Part shown: positions 18,803 through 29,239 of the stretch, in pieces
Position numbering within the stretch: the stretch's first letter is position 1
Layout of the letters: every line of letters begins with the position of its first letter
Assembly: GCA_018813725.1 (NCBI GenBank)
Contig: JAHJBD010000045.1
Coordinates: 1 to 32,048, forward strand
DNA: 32,048 nt
Direction: 5' to 3'
Origin: Nanobdellota archaeon
Lineage (GTDB): Archaea; Nanobdellota; Nanobdellia; Woesearchaeales; JAHJBD01
The notes under the pieces: generated by a model
The model's database searches: none
Told to the model about the DNA's origin: nothing
The model's input: the letters and a program-made list of their open reading frames with translations, nothing else
Translations under genes and position numbers: made by a program

Positions 18803-18899
18803 TTTTTTGCCTCCTTTAGCCCTACGTCTAGATGGTTTCTATGGATGTGTAGAAACCACACACAGCTTAAGCTGTTGTAGTAGTAGGACTAGTTAAAGT
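18803..18899 (-). promoter_or_regulatory. Structured hom leader RNA (putative attenuator)
   Basis: Hairpin ACAGC-TTAA-GCTGT (18862-18875); 9-bp hairpin TGGTTTCTA-N8-TAGAAACCA (18833-18858); long-range pairing of TAGTCCTAC (18883-18891) with GTAGGGCTA (18817-18825) next to the SD AGGAGG (18810-18815). Confidence 0.75.
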
Positions 18900-18908
18900 T
18901 GTCAACAT
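18867..18908 (-). CDS. Thr-rich leader peptide MLTTLTSPTTTTA (thrL-like)
   Basis: ATG TTG ACA ACT TTA ACT AGT CCT ACT ACT ACA ACA GCT TAA; 7 of 13 codons are Thr; lies directly upstream of hom; TTTAAAAT box starts at 18935. Confidence 0.82.
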   Translation of the reverse strand: MLTTLTSPTTTTA

Positions 18909-18948
18909 TGAACTGAATATTGCTGACATTTTAAATTGTAGAAATGGC

Positions 18949-20926
<1,978 letters not shown>

Positions 20927-20930
<4 letters not shown>

Positions 20931-21631
20931 ATGTGTTTCTCCCGTACTAATGTGCTTGCTTTGTATAAGCTTTCAAATGTTCCTGCATCTGACCAATAGC
21001 CATCAAGGATTTTTGCATCCATCTTTCCCAATTTAATATATGCGTTGTTTACGTCTGTAATCTCTAGTTCTCCCCTATGGCTTGGCTTAAGATTTCTTAT
21101 TATTTCAAATACTTTATTATCATATAGGTATAATCCGGTAACTGCCAAATTTGTTTTTGGTTCTTTTGGTTTTTCTTCTATCTCAATGACTTTATTGTTT
21201 GAATCAACTGTTGCTACACCAAACCTCTTGGCATTTTTGACTTCTTTAAGAAATATCCTTGCTCCTTCATGAAAATCACTAATGTCAAGCTTATCTTCAA
21301 AGATATTGTCTCCAAGAATAACACAGAGTTTTTTGTCATCAACAAAGTCCTCTGCTAGTCCTAAAGCATGAGCTATTCCCATGGCTTCATCCTGGATCTC
21401 ATAGCTTAATCTTACTCCAAATTCTTTTCCTGATCCGAGGATATTAACAAATGCGCCTGCATGCGGCCTTCCTGAGATTATCAGGATATCTTTTATGCCT
21501 GCATCAATCAATGTTTGTAGTGGGTAATAGATCATGGGCTTGTTGTATACTGGAAGAAGGTGCTTGTTTGTTACTCTGGTAATCGGCATAAGCCTGCTTC
21601 CTGTACCGCCTGCAAGAATTATTCCTTTCAT
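20927..21631 (-). CDS. rmlA: Glucose-1-phosphate thymidylyltransferase (short RmlA/SpsI-type)
   Basis: [39 protein letters not shown] and WSDAGT. Confidence 0.88.
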
Positions 21632-22497
21632 TTTGTCTGGTGCCTCATTATCTTTATCCCCTCTTCAAATGTATGCATCAATATACCTTGCTTTTTTAGC
21701 TTTTCTATACTCAAACTGCTATCTTTTGGTCTTTTGGCTGGAAGGTTTAGGTCTTTCATCAAGATTGGCTTGATCAGGCATTTATTTAGGTTGAATTCTT
21801 CTGCAATCTTTATTGCCATATCGTACCTTGTCAATCTTTGAGCGCCAGCAACATGATATACGCCTTTGCAATCATTCTTTGTCAACAGATTAACTGCATC
21901 TGCTATATCATCTGTTAATGTTGGTGTACCATACTGATCAGTATAGGTTTTAATCTCTTTTCCTTGGCTTAGCGAATTGACCACCCAGTTAACATAGCTT
22001 CTTTCAGAGTTATCTCCATTGTAGCCATATAGGACAACTACCCTTAGGATAAGATAATCATCGCTTTTTTCTTTTAAAATATTCTCTGCCTTTAATTTAG
22101 TCAAAGCATAGTATCCTAATGGGTTTGGTGTATCATCTTCCTTGTACATGCCTTTTTCTCCATCAAAAATAAAGTCTGTTGAGAAATAGACTAGTTTGGC
22201 TTTGGTCTTATTGCATGCTTCTACAATACTATGCATCGGAGCTACATTTACCTTTTCTGCCAATTCCTTGTATGTCTCGCATAAATCAACATTTGTCATT
22301 CCTGCTGCGTGTATCACGATATTTGGTTTTACGTCTATTATTTTCTGGATATCCTGTATTTGTGTGATGTCTACCTTTGGCTCTTTACCGTGATAAAAAG
22401 GATAGACTTCATGATGTTCGGACAGGATTTTCACTAATTTTGTCCCAAGGAAGCCGCCAGCGCCCATTATTGTGATTTTAATGGTTTCCACCACCAA
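21628..22497 (-). CDS. rmlD: dTDP-4-dehydrorhamnose reductase
   Basis: GAGGFLG, TNVDLCE, STDFIFDG, YALTK, DQYGTPT and AKRP; exact start (TTG or GTG at 22497-22491) uncertain. Confidence 0.92.
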   Translation of the reverse strand: MVVETIKITIMGAGGFLGTKLVKILSEHHEVYPFYHGKEPKVDITQIQDIQKIIDVKPNIVIHAAGMTNVDLCETYKELAEKVNVAPMHSIVEACNKTKAKLVYFSTDFIFDGEKGMYKEDDTPNPLGYYALTKLKAENILKEKSDDYLILRVVVLYGYNGDNSERSYVNWVVNSLSQGKEIKTYTDQYGTPTLTDDIADAVNLLTKNDCKGVYHVAGAQRLTRYDMAIKIAEEFNLNKCLIKPILMKDLNLPAKRPKDSSLSIEKLKKQGILMHTFEEGIKIMRHQTK

Positions 22498-23426
22498 TCA
22501 TTTTCTTTGTACCAGTTTATCTTGTGCTTTAACCCCTGCTCAAAATCTAATTTAGGTTTCCAGCCTAAGTCTTTCTGGATCTTGTTGAAGCTTATTGCAT
22601 ATCTTAGGTCGTGGCCTGGCCTGTCTTCTACAAACTCTATCATGTTTTCTGTTTCTCCCATCTGGCCAAGAATGAATTTGGTAATCTCTAAATTTGTCTT
22701 TTCACAACCGCCACCGATGCAGTAGGTTTCGCCGATAGTCCCTTTCTCCAAAATAAGTTGGATTGCCTTGCAGTGATCCTTTACATGCAGCCAGTCTCTA
22801 ATATTTTTTCCCTCACCATAAACCGGTACCGTCTTTTTTTGGATAAGGTTAGTGATAAACAATGGCATAAGTTTTTCTGGATGTTGGTATGGCCCGTAAT
22901 TGTTTGAGCAGTGTGAGATAGTGATTGGTAGATCATAGGTGTTGTGGTAGGCTCTGACTAAATGGTCAGATGCAGCTTTAGAAGCGCTGTAAGGTGACCT
23001 TGGGTTGTATGGGGTGTTTTCATCAAAAGGTTTATCATCAAATCCCAGTTCACCATATACTTCATCTGTTGAGATATGGTGGAACCTCCTTTTGTATTTT
23101 TTGGCAGCGTTAAGGAGAACCTGTGTGCCAAGCACATTTGTACGGATAAAATCAGAAGGGTTTGTTATGCTTCGGTCAACATGTGTTTCTGCTGCAAAGT
23201 GGACAATTGCGTCGACTTCCTTAATCAAAGGTTCAACAGTCTGTGCATCGCAGATGTCACCTTTAACAAATCTGTATCTATTTGTTTCTATGTCTTTAAG
23301 ATTATCTAGGTTACCTGCGTATGTCAACTTATCCAGATTAATAATCTCATAATCAGGGTTTTCAAGAATGTGCCTTATGAAGTTGCTTCCGATAAATCCG
23401 CATCCGCCTGTAACCAATAGTCTCAT
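22467..23426 (-). CDS. rmlB: dTDP-glucose 4,6-dehydratase
   Basis: TGGCGFIGSNF, DKLTYAG, AAETHVDRS, STDEVYG, PYSASK and DRPGHDLRY. Confidence 0.97.
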   Translation of the reverse strand: MRLLVTGGCGFIGSNFIRHILENPDYEIINLDKLTYAGNLDNLKDIETNRYRFVKGDICDAQTVEPLIKEVDAIVHFAAETHVDRSITNPSDFIRTNVLGTQVLLNAAKKYKRRFHHISTDEVYGELGFDDKPFDENTPYNPRSPYSASKAASDHLVRAYHNTYDLPITISHCSNNYGPYQHPEKLMPLFITNLIQKKTVPVYGEGKNIRDWLHVKDHCKAIQLILEKGTIGETYCIGGGCEKTNLEITKFILGQMGETENMIEFVEDRPGHDLRYAISFNKIQKDLGWKPKLDFEQGLKHKINWYKENDWWWKPLKSQ

Positions 23427-23428
23427 TC

Positions 23429-23977
23429 TTATATGCTCTCTTTTATTTTAATGTCTTTAAAGTGTGGCAAATTCTTATCTCTCTCAGAAATTATCGGCTT
23501 ATCAATAGGCCATGATATGTTAATTGTTGGATCATTCCAGATAACACCTCGCTCAAGCTCTGGTGCATATTCTTTAGTTGCCTTATACAGAAATTCTGCA
23601 TCTTCAAGCACGCAAAAACCATGGGCAAATCCTGGAGGTATCCATAACATCTTTTTGTTATCTTCGGATAAGATTGCAGATACCCATTTTCCATATGTTG
23701 ATGATCCTTTCCTTATATCAACTGCAACATCAAATATCTTGCCTTTTATCACTCGAACCAGTTTCCCCTGTTCTTTTGGAGGCAGCTGGTAGTGTAAGCC
23801 TCTTATTACCCCTTTTGCTGACCTTGACTGGTTATCTTGAGTGAATTCGTATTTTATCCTTTGTTTTTCAAAAGCCTCTTTTTTGTAGCTTTCAAAGAAG
23901 TAACCTCTATTATCTACAAAAATCTTAGGTGTAATTAAAACTACGTCAGGTATATCTAGCTTTTTAAATATAATTGG
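23429..23977 (-). CDS. rmlC: dTDP-4-dehydrorhamnose 3,5-epimerase (no canonical start codon at the expected position)
   Basis: Frame is open 75 codons upstream of the track's start: PIIFKKLDIPDVVLITPKIFVDNRGYFFESY...QDNQSRS...IRGLHYQ...QGKLVRV, then DVAVDIR and IPPGFAHGF. Confidence 0.92.
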   Translation of the reverse strand, partial: PIIFKKLDIPDVVLITPKIFVDNRGYFFESYKKEAFEKQRIKYEFTQDNQSRSAKGVIRGLHYQLPPKEQGKLVRVIKGKIFDVAVDIRKGSSTYGKWVSAILSEDNKKMLWIPPGFAHGFCVLEDAEFLYKATKEYAPELERGVIWNDPTINISWPIDKPIISERDKNLPHFKDIKIKESI

Positions 23978-24033
23978 TTATCTTCCCCCTTGACAAAATG
24001 TTTATTTTCAATATATAAAAACTTTTGTTATTT

Positions 24034-24078
24034 AGAAATTCACCAAGGGCAATAAATCTTGATATATGGTGAATTTCT
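24034..24078. repeat. Perfect 12-bp inverted repeat with 21-nt spacer
   Basis: AGAAATTCACCA (24034-24045) and TGGTGAATTTCT (24067-24078) in the rmlC/asd divergent intergenic region. Confidence 0.85.
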
Positions 24079-24120
24079 TAATCCGAAAAACTTTCCAATG
24101 AATATCTTGGCAAGGCAAAG

Positions 24121-24157
24121 TTTTGTTATTTTAGTAACAAAACCTATTTAAATATAC
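24121..24157 (+). promoter_or_regulatory. asd promoter with upstream palindrome TGTTA-N6-TAACA
   Basis: TTTTGTTA-TTTTAG-TAACAAAA overlapping AACCTATTTAAATATAC (24141-24157), the same 17-mer as at lysC. Confidence 0.75.
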
Positions 24158-24184
24158 TCTCTTGCCAATGGTTTGGTGGTATTA

Positions 24185-25270
24185 ATGAAAAAACTGAGAT
24201 GTGGTGTTTTAGCAGGAACTGGTATGGTTGGCCAGAAGTATATACAGCTTCTTGAAGATCATCCTTATTTTGAGGTTACATATGTTACAGCTTCAGAAAG
24301 GTCAGCTGGTAAGAAATATATCGATGCTGTAGAAGGCAGATGGCATATGCCAACTGAGATGCCTGAAAGTGTTAAGGATATTGTTGTTGAGAACATGGAT
24401 ACTCTTGATAAGGTCAAGGAATCTTGCGATTTTGTGTTCTCTGCTTTGGATTCAGGGCCAGCTAAAGAGTGGGAAGAGAAATATGCTGCAGCTGGGATCC
24501 CTGTTGTTTCAAATGCATCTGCACATAGGCACACACCTGATGTTCCCATGCTAATACCTGAGATAAATGCTGATCATCTTGATATTATTGCGCTACAACA
24601 GAAGAGTAGGGGTTGGGATAAAGGTTTTATTGTTGTAAAGCCTAATTGCTCGCTTCAGAGCTATATGACACCTTTGTATGCACTTCACAAAGAGTTTAAG
24701 ATCAAAAGGGCAATCATCACCACAATGCAGGCAGTGTCTGGTGCTGGACATCCTGGTGTGGCAAGCTTTGACATAATCGATAATATCATCCCTTATATCG
24801 GCGGAGAAGAAGAAAAGTCTGAAAAAGAGCCTTTGAAGATACTTGGCAAGATTGTTGATGGTAAGTTTGTCAATGACGATTCAATCAAGATATCTGCACA
24901 TTGCAACAGGGTTGGCACCATCGATGGCCATATGGCTTGCGTATCAGTTGAATTTGAGAAAAATCCAACCAAGGAGCAGATCCTTGCTGCATGGAAGGAG
25001 TTTAAGGCAGTGCCGCAGGAACTTGATCTTCCTCTTGCACCAAAGCAGCCAATCATATACCGTGATGAGCCTAACAGGCCGCAGACGCGTCTTGATAGGG
25101 ATGCAGACAAAGGCATGGCTTGTGTTGTTGGAAGATTACGGCCCTGTAATGTATTCCAATGGCGCTTTACAGCATTGTCGCATAATACAGTGAGAGGGGC
25201 TGCTGGTGGTGGTATACTTAATGCTGAGCTCCTCTATAAGAAGGGTTTTTTGACCGCAAAGCTTAAATAG
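24185..25270 (+). CDS. asd: Aspartate-semialdehyde dehydrogenase (archaeal/fungal-type)
   Basis: GTGMVGQ, SNAS, PEIN, KPNCS (catalytic Cys), QAVSGAG, CNRV and HNTVRGAAGG; start ATG 24185 follows a GGTGGT SD. Confidence 0.96.
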   Translation: MKKLRCGVLAGTGMVGQKYIQLLEDHPYFEVTYVTASERSAGKKYIDAVEGRWHMPTEMPESVKDIVVENMDTLDKVKESCDFVFSALDSGPAKEWEEKYAAAGIPVVSNASAHRHTPDVPMLIPEINADHLDIIALQQKSRGWDKGFIVVKPNCSLQSYMTPLYALHKEFKIKRAIITTMQAVSGAGHPGVASFDIIDNIIPYIGGEEEKSEKEPLKILGKIVDGKFVNDDSIKISAHCNRVGTIDGHMACVSVEFEKNPTKEQILAAWKEFKAVPQELDLPLAPKQPIIYRDEPNRPQTRLDRDADKGMACVVGRLRPCNVFQWRFTALSHNTVRGAAGGGILNAELLYKKGFLTAKLK

Positions 25271-25301
25271 TTGCCTTTTCCAGATATTTTTTGGGTTGGT
25301 A

Positions 25302-26039
25302 ATGCAAAAGATATGCTTTTTTTATAAGAGAGAGGTTCCTGATTTTGGAGCTGATTTCTTATATCTTAAATTGGGCAGAAGGGAAAGGATTGACAATTCA
25401 AATGATTACAATGTAATTTTTGAGGCAGATCTTCCTATAAATCTTTCTGAGTATAATGAGCATCTGATGGATTATTCTGGGCTATATGCTTTGCATATGA
25501 ATAAGCTTATCAATGAGAAGCATATGTTAATCATCCATTATGATACTATGATATTGGATAAAGAATGGTTAAAAAAGATTGAAAAAGCTGTGCGCAAGGA
25601 TTCAGTTGTATTCTGTGACAGGCCAGTGGATCGTGATATTACCTCAGAGGTATCGCTTTGGGTATACAAGAATATTGATAAAGCTTTCTTAAGATTTAAA
25701 GGCAAAAGTTTTCTTGATTGCATCAAGCAGAATAATGTATCTAATATGGTGCTTACAAGCCAATTTGCATGCAGTGCAGATACATTTAGCACTTTGATGG
25801 AATTTATGCTGCCTTTGTATGGATGTTTGGATGAATTACAGATGATTGGCTTTAAATTTGCTCACTTGCTGGAAAGGTCTCTCGGATTGTTTTTCTCAGC
25901 CCAAGGCTATGTTAAAGTGCCTGTAATTAGGGATAGTCAATCCACAAAGTATAGGAACGGCAGAAGAATCAAGCTTGATTTCCCTGTCTTGACAAGATGT
26001 ATTAAGGATAATGCATCCGCTTTCTCAGAAGTATTGTAA
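25302..26039 (+). CDS. Hypothetical protein, possibly glycosyltransferase-like
   Basis: Long ORF; HYD and AHLLER motifs recall GT-A-like polysaccharide synthesis proteins (weak). Confidence 0.6.
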   Translation: MQKICFFYKREVPDFGADFLYLKLGRRERIDNSNDYNVIFEADLPINLSEYNEHLMDYSGLYALHMNKLINEKHMLIIHYDTMILDKEWLKKIEKAVRKDSVVFCDRPVDRDITSEVSLWVYKNIDKAFLRFKGKSFLDCIKQNNVSNMVLTSQFACSADTFSTLMEFMLPLYGCLDELQMIGFKFAHLLERSLGLFFSAQGYVKVPVIRDSQSTKYRNGRRIKLDFPVLTRCIKDNASAFSEVL

Positions 26040-26040
26040 T

Positions 26041-26325
26041 CTATTTCTCAATATACTCTTGTTGTATGCGTTTTGCTTCGTTAAATATGCTTAAAAAAAT
26101 CTCTTCAACAAAGCTTTCTTCGAGCCCGTTTTCCCTAGCAACTTTTTTAAGCCTGTCCATGATCTGGATTTCCCTTTTTTCATCAAAAACTGGTATATTC
26201 TTTTCTTTTTTATAGTTGCCTATCTCTGGCATCAGACTCATTCTCTCCGCTAATGCTGTGATTATAACCATATCTATCCTATCTATATGTTTTCTAATCT
26301 TTTTTATATAATCTTCGTTGACCAT
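26041..26325 (-). CDS. Chorismate mutase type II (AroQ)
   Basis: IRKHIDRID..I...LAER....IG.YK....P.FDEKRE pattern; TATA box at 26355. Confidence 0.9.
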   Translation of the reverse strand: MVNEDYIKKIRKHIDRIDMVIITALAERMSLMPEIGNYKKEKNIPVFDEKREIQIMDRLKKVARENGLEESFVEEIFLSIFNEAKRIQQEYIEK

Positions 26326-26357
26326 GTGAATAATGAAATGTAAGAACTATTTAAAGA

Positions 26358-27116
26358 TTATGCTTTTGGAGGATTTTCCTTTATAACTGGAGATTGGCAC
26401 AAGTTTCTTAGATGTTCAAGATACTCGTTCTTTGTTTCAGCATCTTTTAGACCGAAATAAGTTATTGTCTTTAGGTATTCGATTGGACTGCCTATGTCAC
26501 ATCTTTTTCCTTTAAGTGCCATATGCAGCAGATTTGCAGTTGCAGAAAGCTCTTTAGTGACATTAGTGACAACATGTGTGTCATCACCAAGGAAATACTT
26601 CTGTTTGTTTAGGACCTCAAATATTGTTGGGCCAAATATATATCTGCCAGAGGAGTAGATATGCAGATTTGTCTCATGAAACTTGTCAATAAGTTCTTGC
26701 AGCGGGTTACCCTCAATAATTATGTCTGATAATGCTACTATAAATGCTTCGCCTTTGAGCTTGCTTTGTAATTGATATATCTCGTACATCCATCCTTTTG
26801 GTTCTGGTTGGCTGATAAAATGTAGTGTGCAAGGTTTGTTAGCTAATCTAAGTTTCTGAATTGTGTCACGATGGCCAAAATTCTCAGTCAGGTGCTCCAA
26901 TTTGATGTCATGCTTAAAATAATCCTTAACTCCTTTTAGATATCTACCAGTGATGTAAATCTCAGTGATCCCAGCATTTGTTAGCTCTTTAATCTGGTAA
27001 TCAATTGCTGGTTTATTTATGATTGGAAGCATAACCTTGTTTGAAACCTTAGTATATGGGAACATACGGGAGCCTAGACCCGCTGATGGTATGACTCCTA
27101 TTTTTATCTTTGCCAT
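26358..27116 (-). CDS. Sugar-phosphate nucleotidyltransferase, GalU-like, shortened
   Basis: VIPSAGLGSRMFPYTK...K.MLPIINKP, QPEPKG, GRYIF and DIGS motifs. Confidence 0.8.
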   Translation of the reverse strand: MAKIKIGVIPSAGLGSRMFPYTKVSNKVMLPIINKPAIDYQIKELTNAGITEIYITGRYLKGVKDYFKHDIKLEHLTENFGHRDTIQKLRLANKPCTLHFISQPEPKGWMYEIYQLQSKLKGEAFIVALSDIIIEGNPLQELIDKFHETNLHIYSSGRYIFGPTIFEVLNKQKYFLGDDTHVVTNVTKELSATANLLHMALKGKRCDIGSPIEYLKTITYFGLKDAETKNEYLEHLRNLCQSPVIKENPPKA

Positions 27117-27204
27117 TTAGTTAAATTCAATATTAATACTATATAAATGTTTTGAAGTCAAATAAGCGATTATTTTAAAGCTAAAAATCCTATAATCCAC
27201 TGGA

Positions 27205-28164
27205 TCAACTGCCTTGTCTATACGTTCTAAACCAAGAAATAAACTCTTTTACTCCTTCTTCAATCTTTACTTTTGGGTCAAACCCTAGCATTCTCTTTGC
27301 TTTTGAGATATCTGCAAAGGTTTCAGGGACATCGCCAGGTTGAATCGGAAGAAGCTCTTTTTCAGCTGTTATGCCTAATTCTTTCTCAATCAAGCTTATA
27401 AAATAATTTAGTTCCACTGTATTTGAATTACCTAGGTTAAATATCTCGTATGGTAGTGATTTGTCTATCGCTGCAAGTACACCTGCAACAATGTCTGAAA
27501 CGAAGGTAAAGTCTCTTTTCATGTTTCCATGGTTGTAAACCTTGATCTTCTTTCCTTTAAGTATCTGTGTTGCAAATAGATACGCTGCCATATCTGGCCT
27601 TCCCCATGGTCCGTATACAGTAAAAAACCTTAAACCTGTGCAGTTAAGGCCAAAAAGATGATGATAAGTGTGTGCTATCAGCTCATTGTATCTTTTTGTT
27701 GCAGCATAGGCTGAGATTGGGCTGTCAACTGGATCAGTCTCTGAGAAGGGTATCTTCTTGTTACCTCCATATACACTTGATGAAGAGGCAAAGACAAAAT
27801 CCTTGATCTGATACTTTCTGCATAGTTCCAGAAGATTTAGTGTACCTATATTGTTGGATTTTTCATAAGCAAAGGGGTTTTCGAGTGAATACCTTACACC
27901 TGCTTGTGCAGCCAAGTGGCATACCTTGGTGAATTTATTTTCTAGAAATATCTTTTCCATGGCTGAATAATCTGAGATATCTGCTTTGATAACTGTCAAT
28001 CCTGGATCATCATTAATCTTGCTTATCCTATCTTCTTTGATCTTAGGATCATAGTAATTATTGAAATTGTCAACGATAATTACCTTATCCCCTCTTTCAA
28101 GCAGTGCTTTTGCTACATGAAAACCTATGAACCCTGCCCCACCTGTCAATAATATGTCAACCAT
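27205..28164 (-). CDS. NAD-dependent epimerase, UDP-glucuronate 4-epimerase-like
   Basis: TGGAGFIGFH, HLAAQAGVRYS, ASSSSVYG, YAATK, RFFTVYGPWGRPDMA and QPGDV. Confidence 0.92.
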   Translation of the reverse strand: MVDILLTGGAGFIGFHVAKALLERGDKVIIVDNFNNYYDPKIKEDRISKINDDPGLTVIKADISDYSAMEKIFLENKFTKVCHLAAQAGVRYSLENPFAYEKSNNIGTLNLLELCRKYQIKDFVFASSSSVYGGNKKIPFSETDPVDSPISAYAATKRYNELIAHTYHHLFGLNCTGLRFFTVYGPWGRPDMAAYLFATQILKGKKIKVYNHGNMKRDFTFVSDIVAGVLAAIDKSLPYEIFNLGNSNTVELNYFISLIEKELGITAEKELLPIQPGDVPETFADISKAKRMLGFDPKVKIEEGVKEFISWFRTYRQGS

Positions 28165-28296
28165 GGTATACAAATACCTTAGAATAATATCAGGTAAATA
28201 AACCTTTTGGACTTTTCTTTTATAAACTGTTGTATGATTGATAATATATTTTTAAGAAACGTATAGTTTATATAGGATTAGGGTCAAGAAAAAGTT

Positions 28297-28731
28297 ATGG
28301 TAAAGGTTCTGATAAAAAAGATAAAAGATAATGCAATCCTTCCGACTTATGCTCACACTGGGGATGCTGGTGTTGACTTGTATTCTACTGAAGATTATAC
28401 ACTTAAGCCAGGAGAAAGGACTTTGGTCTCTACTGGGATAAAGATTGCCTTGCCGATTGGTTTTGAGGCTCAGGTAAGGCCAAAATCAGGGTTAGCATTA
28501 AAGGCAGGGATCTCTGTCTGTAATACTCCAGGAACTGTTGATGCTGGATATAGGGGCGAGGTTGGAGTAATAGTCATAAATCATGGCAGTGAGGAATACA
28601 AGATTGAAGCAGGTTCAAAGATTGCTCAGATGGTGTTTACAACAGTTGAGCAGGCAGAGTTTGAAGAGGTTGAGGAGCTGGATGAGACTACTCGAAATGA
28701 AGGTGGTTTTGGCAGTACAGGTTTGAGGTGA
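28297..28731 (+). CDS. dut: dUTP diphosphatase (trimeric)
   Basis: DAGVDL, RPKSGLA, GTVDAGYRGE, IAQ and RNEGGFGSTG. Confidence 0.97.
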   Translation: MVKVLIKKIKDNAILPTYAHTGDAGVDLYSTEDYTLKPGERTLVSTGIKIALPIGFEAQVRPKSGLALKAGISVCNTPGTVDAGYRGEVGVIVINHGSEEYKIEAGSKIAQMVFTTVEQAEFEEVEELDETTRNEGGFGSTGLR

Positions 28732-28737
28732 ATTAAG

Positions 28738-28827
28738 TTGGGAATAAGTTATAATACAGTGAAAAAGAACACAACGCTTGGTGACTTTGGGCTTACCGAA
28801 GAGGAAGCTCAGTTAGAAGAAGAGTAG
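28738..28827 (+). CDS. Putative 29-aa small protein MGISYNTVKKNTTLGDFGLTEEEAQLEEE
   Basis: TTG start 6 nt after a strong GAGGTGA SD overlapping the dut stop; fills the intergenic gap; ends in tandem TAG TAA stops. Confidence 0.55.
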   Translation: MGISYNTVKKNTTLGDFGLTEEEAQLEEE

Positions 28828-28885
28828 TAACTTAGCAGTAGTTAATATACAAAGATTTATAAATCAAAACCTAATTCTTGGGTAT

Positions 28886-29239
28886 ATGAATAAACACGGA
28901 GTTGTTGATTTGGCAATAATCGTACTGGTTGTAGTATGTCTTGTATTTCTAGGATGGTTAGTAAATCTAGGTACAAGAGAGTGTTCTGGTAATAATGACT
29001 GTTCAAACGCTCAGTATTGCGGCGCTGATTTTTCATGCCATGATATTCCTATAATAGAGAAGGAAGTAAAGACAACCCAAGTTAGCCTTGTTGGGCCAGC
29101 ATTTATCCTTGGCATTGCTGCTGTTGTTGTTGCAGTTATCCTAAGATGGGACAAGATTTCAGCAGGTTTTAAGAAGAAAGGCGGTAAGAAACCCGAGGTG
29201 TATTATGAGGGTGTTGACCAAATTAAAACCAATTTTTAA
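28886..29239 (+). CDS. Two-TM membrane protein with Cys-rich loop
   Basis: Hydrophobic N- and C-terminal segments flank ECSGNNDCSNAQYCGADFSC; TATA box at 28856. Confidence 0.85.
   Translation: MNKHGVVDLAIIVLVVVCLVFLGWLVNLGTRECSGNNDCSNAQYCGADFSCHDIPIIEKEVKTTQVSLVGPAFILGIAAVVVAVILRWDKISAGFKKKGGKKPEVYYEGVDQIKTNF

Noticed and set aside
18833..18858. Hairpin as a simple intrinsic terminator of the fcl operon or as part of a T-box/riboswitch
   Set aside because: No U-tract follows on the coding strand, and I see no T-box or known aptamer consensus; it fits better as part of the leader-peptide fold.
18705..18896. Plus-strand 63-aa ORF across the hom start and leader
   Set aside because: Antisense shadow with no promoter or SD support; the minus-strand leader explains the region.
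24168..24187. Mini-ORF ATG GTT TGG TGG TAT TAA (MVWWY) overlapping the asd start, resembling a Trp leader peptide
   Set aside because: The TGG TGG codons are simply the GGTGGT SD also seen at lysC. The ATG is only 21 nt from the TATA start, probably upstream of the TSS, and Trp is unrelated to Asd.
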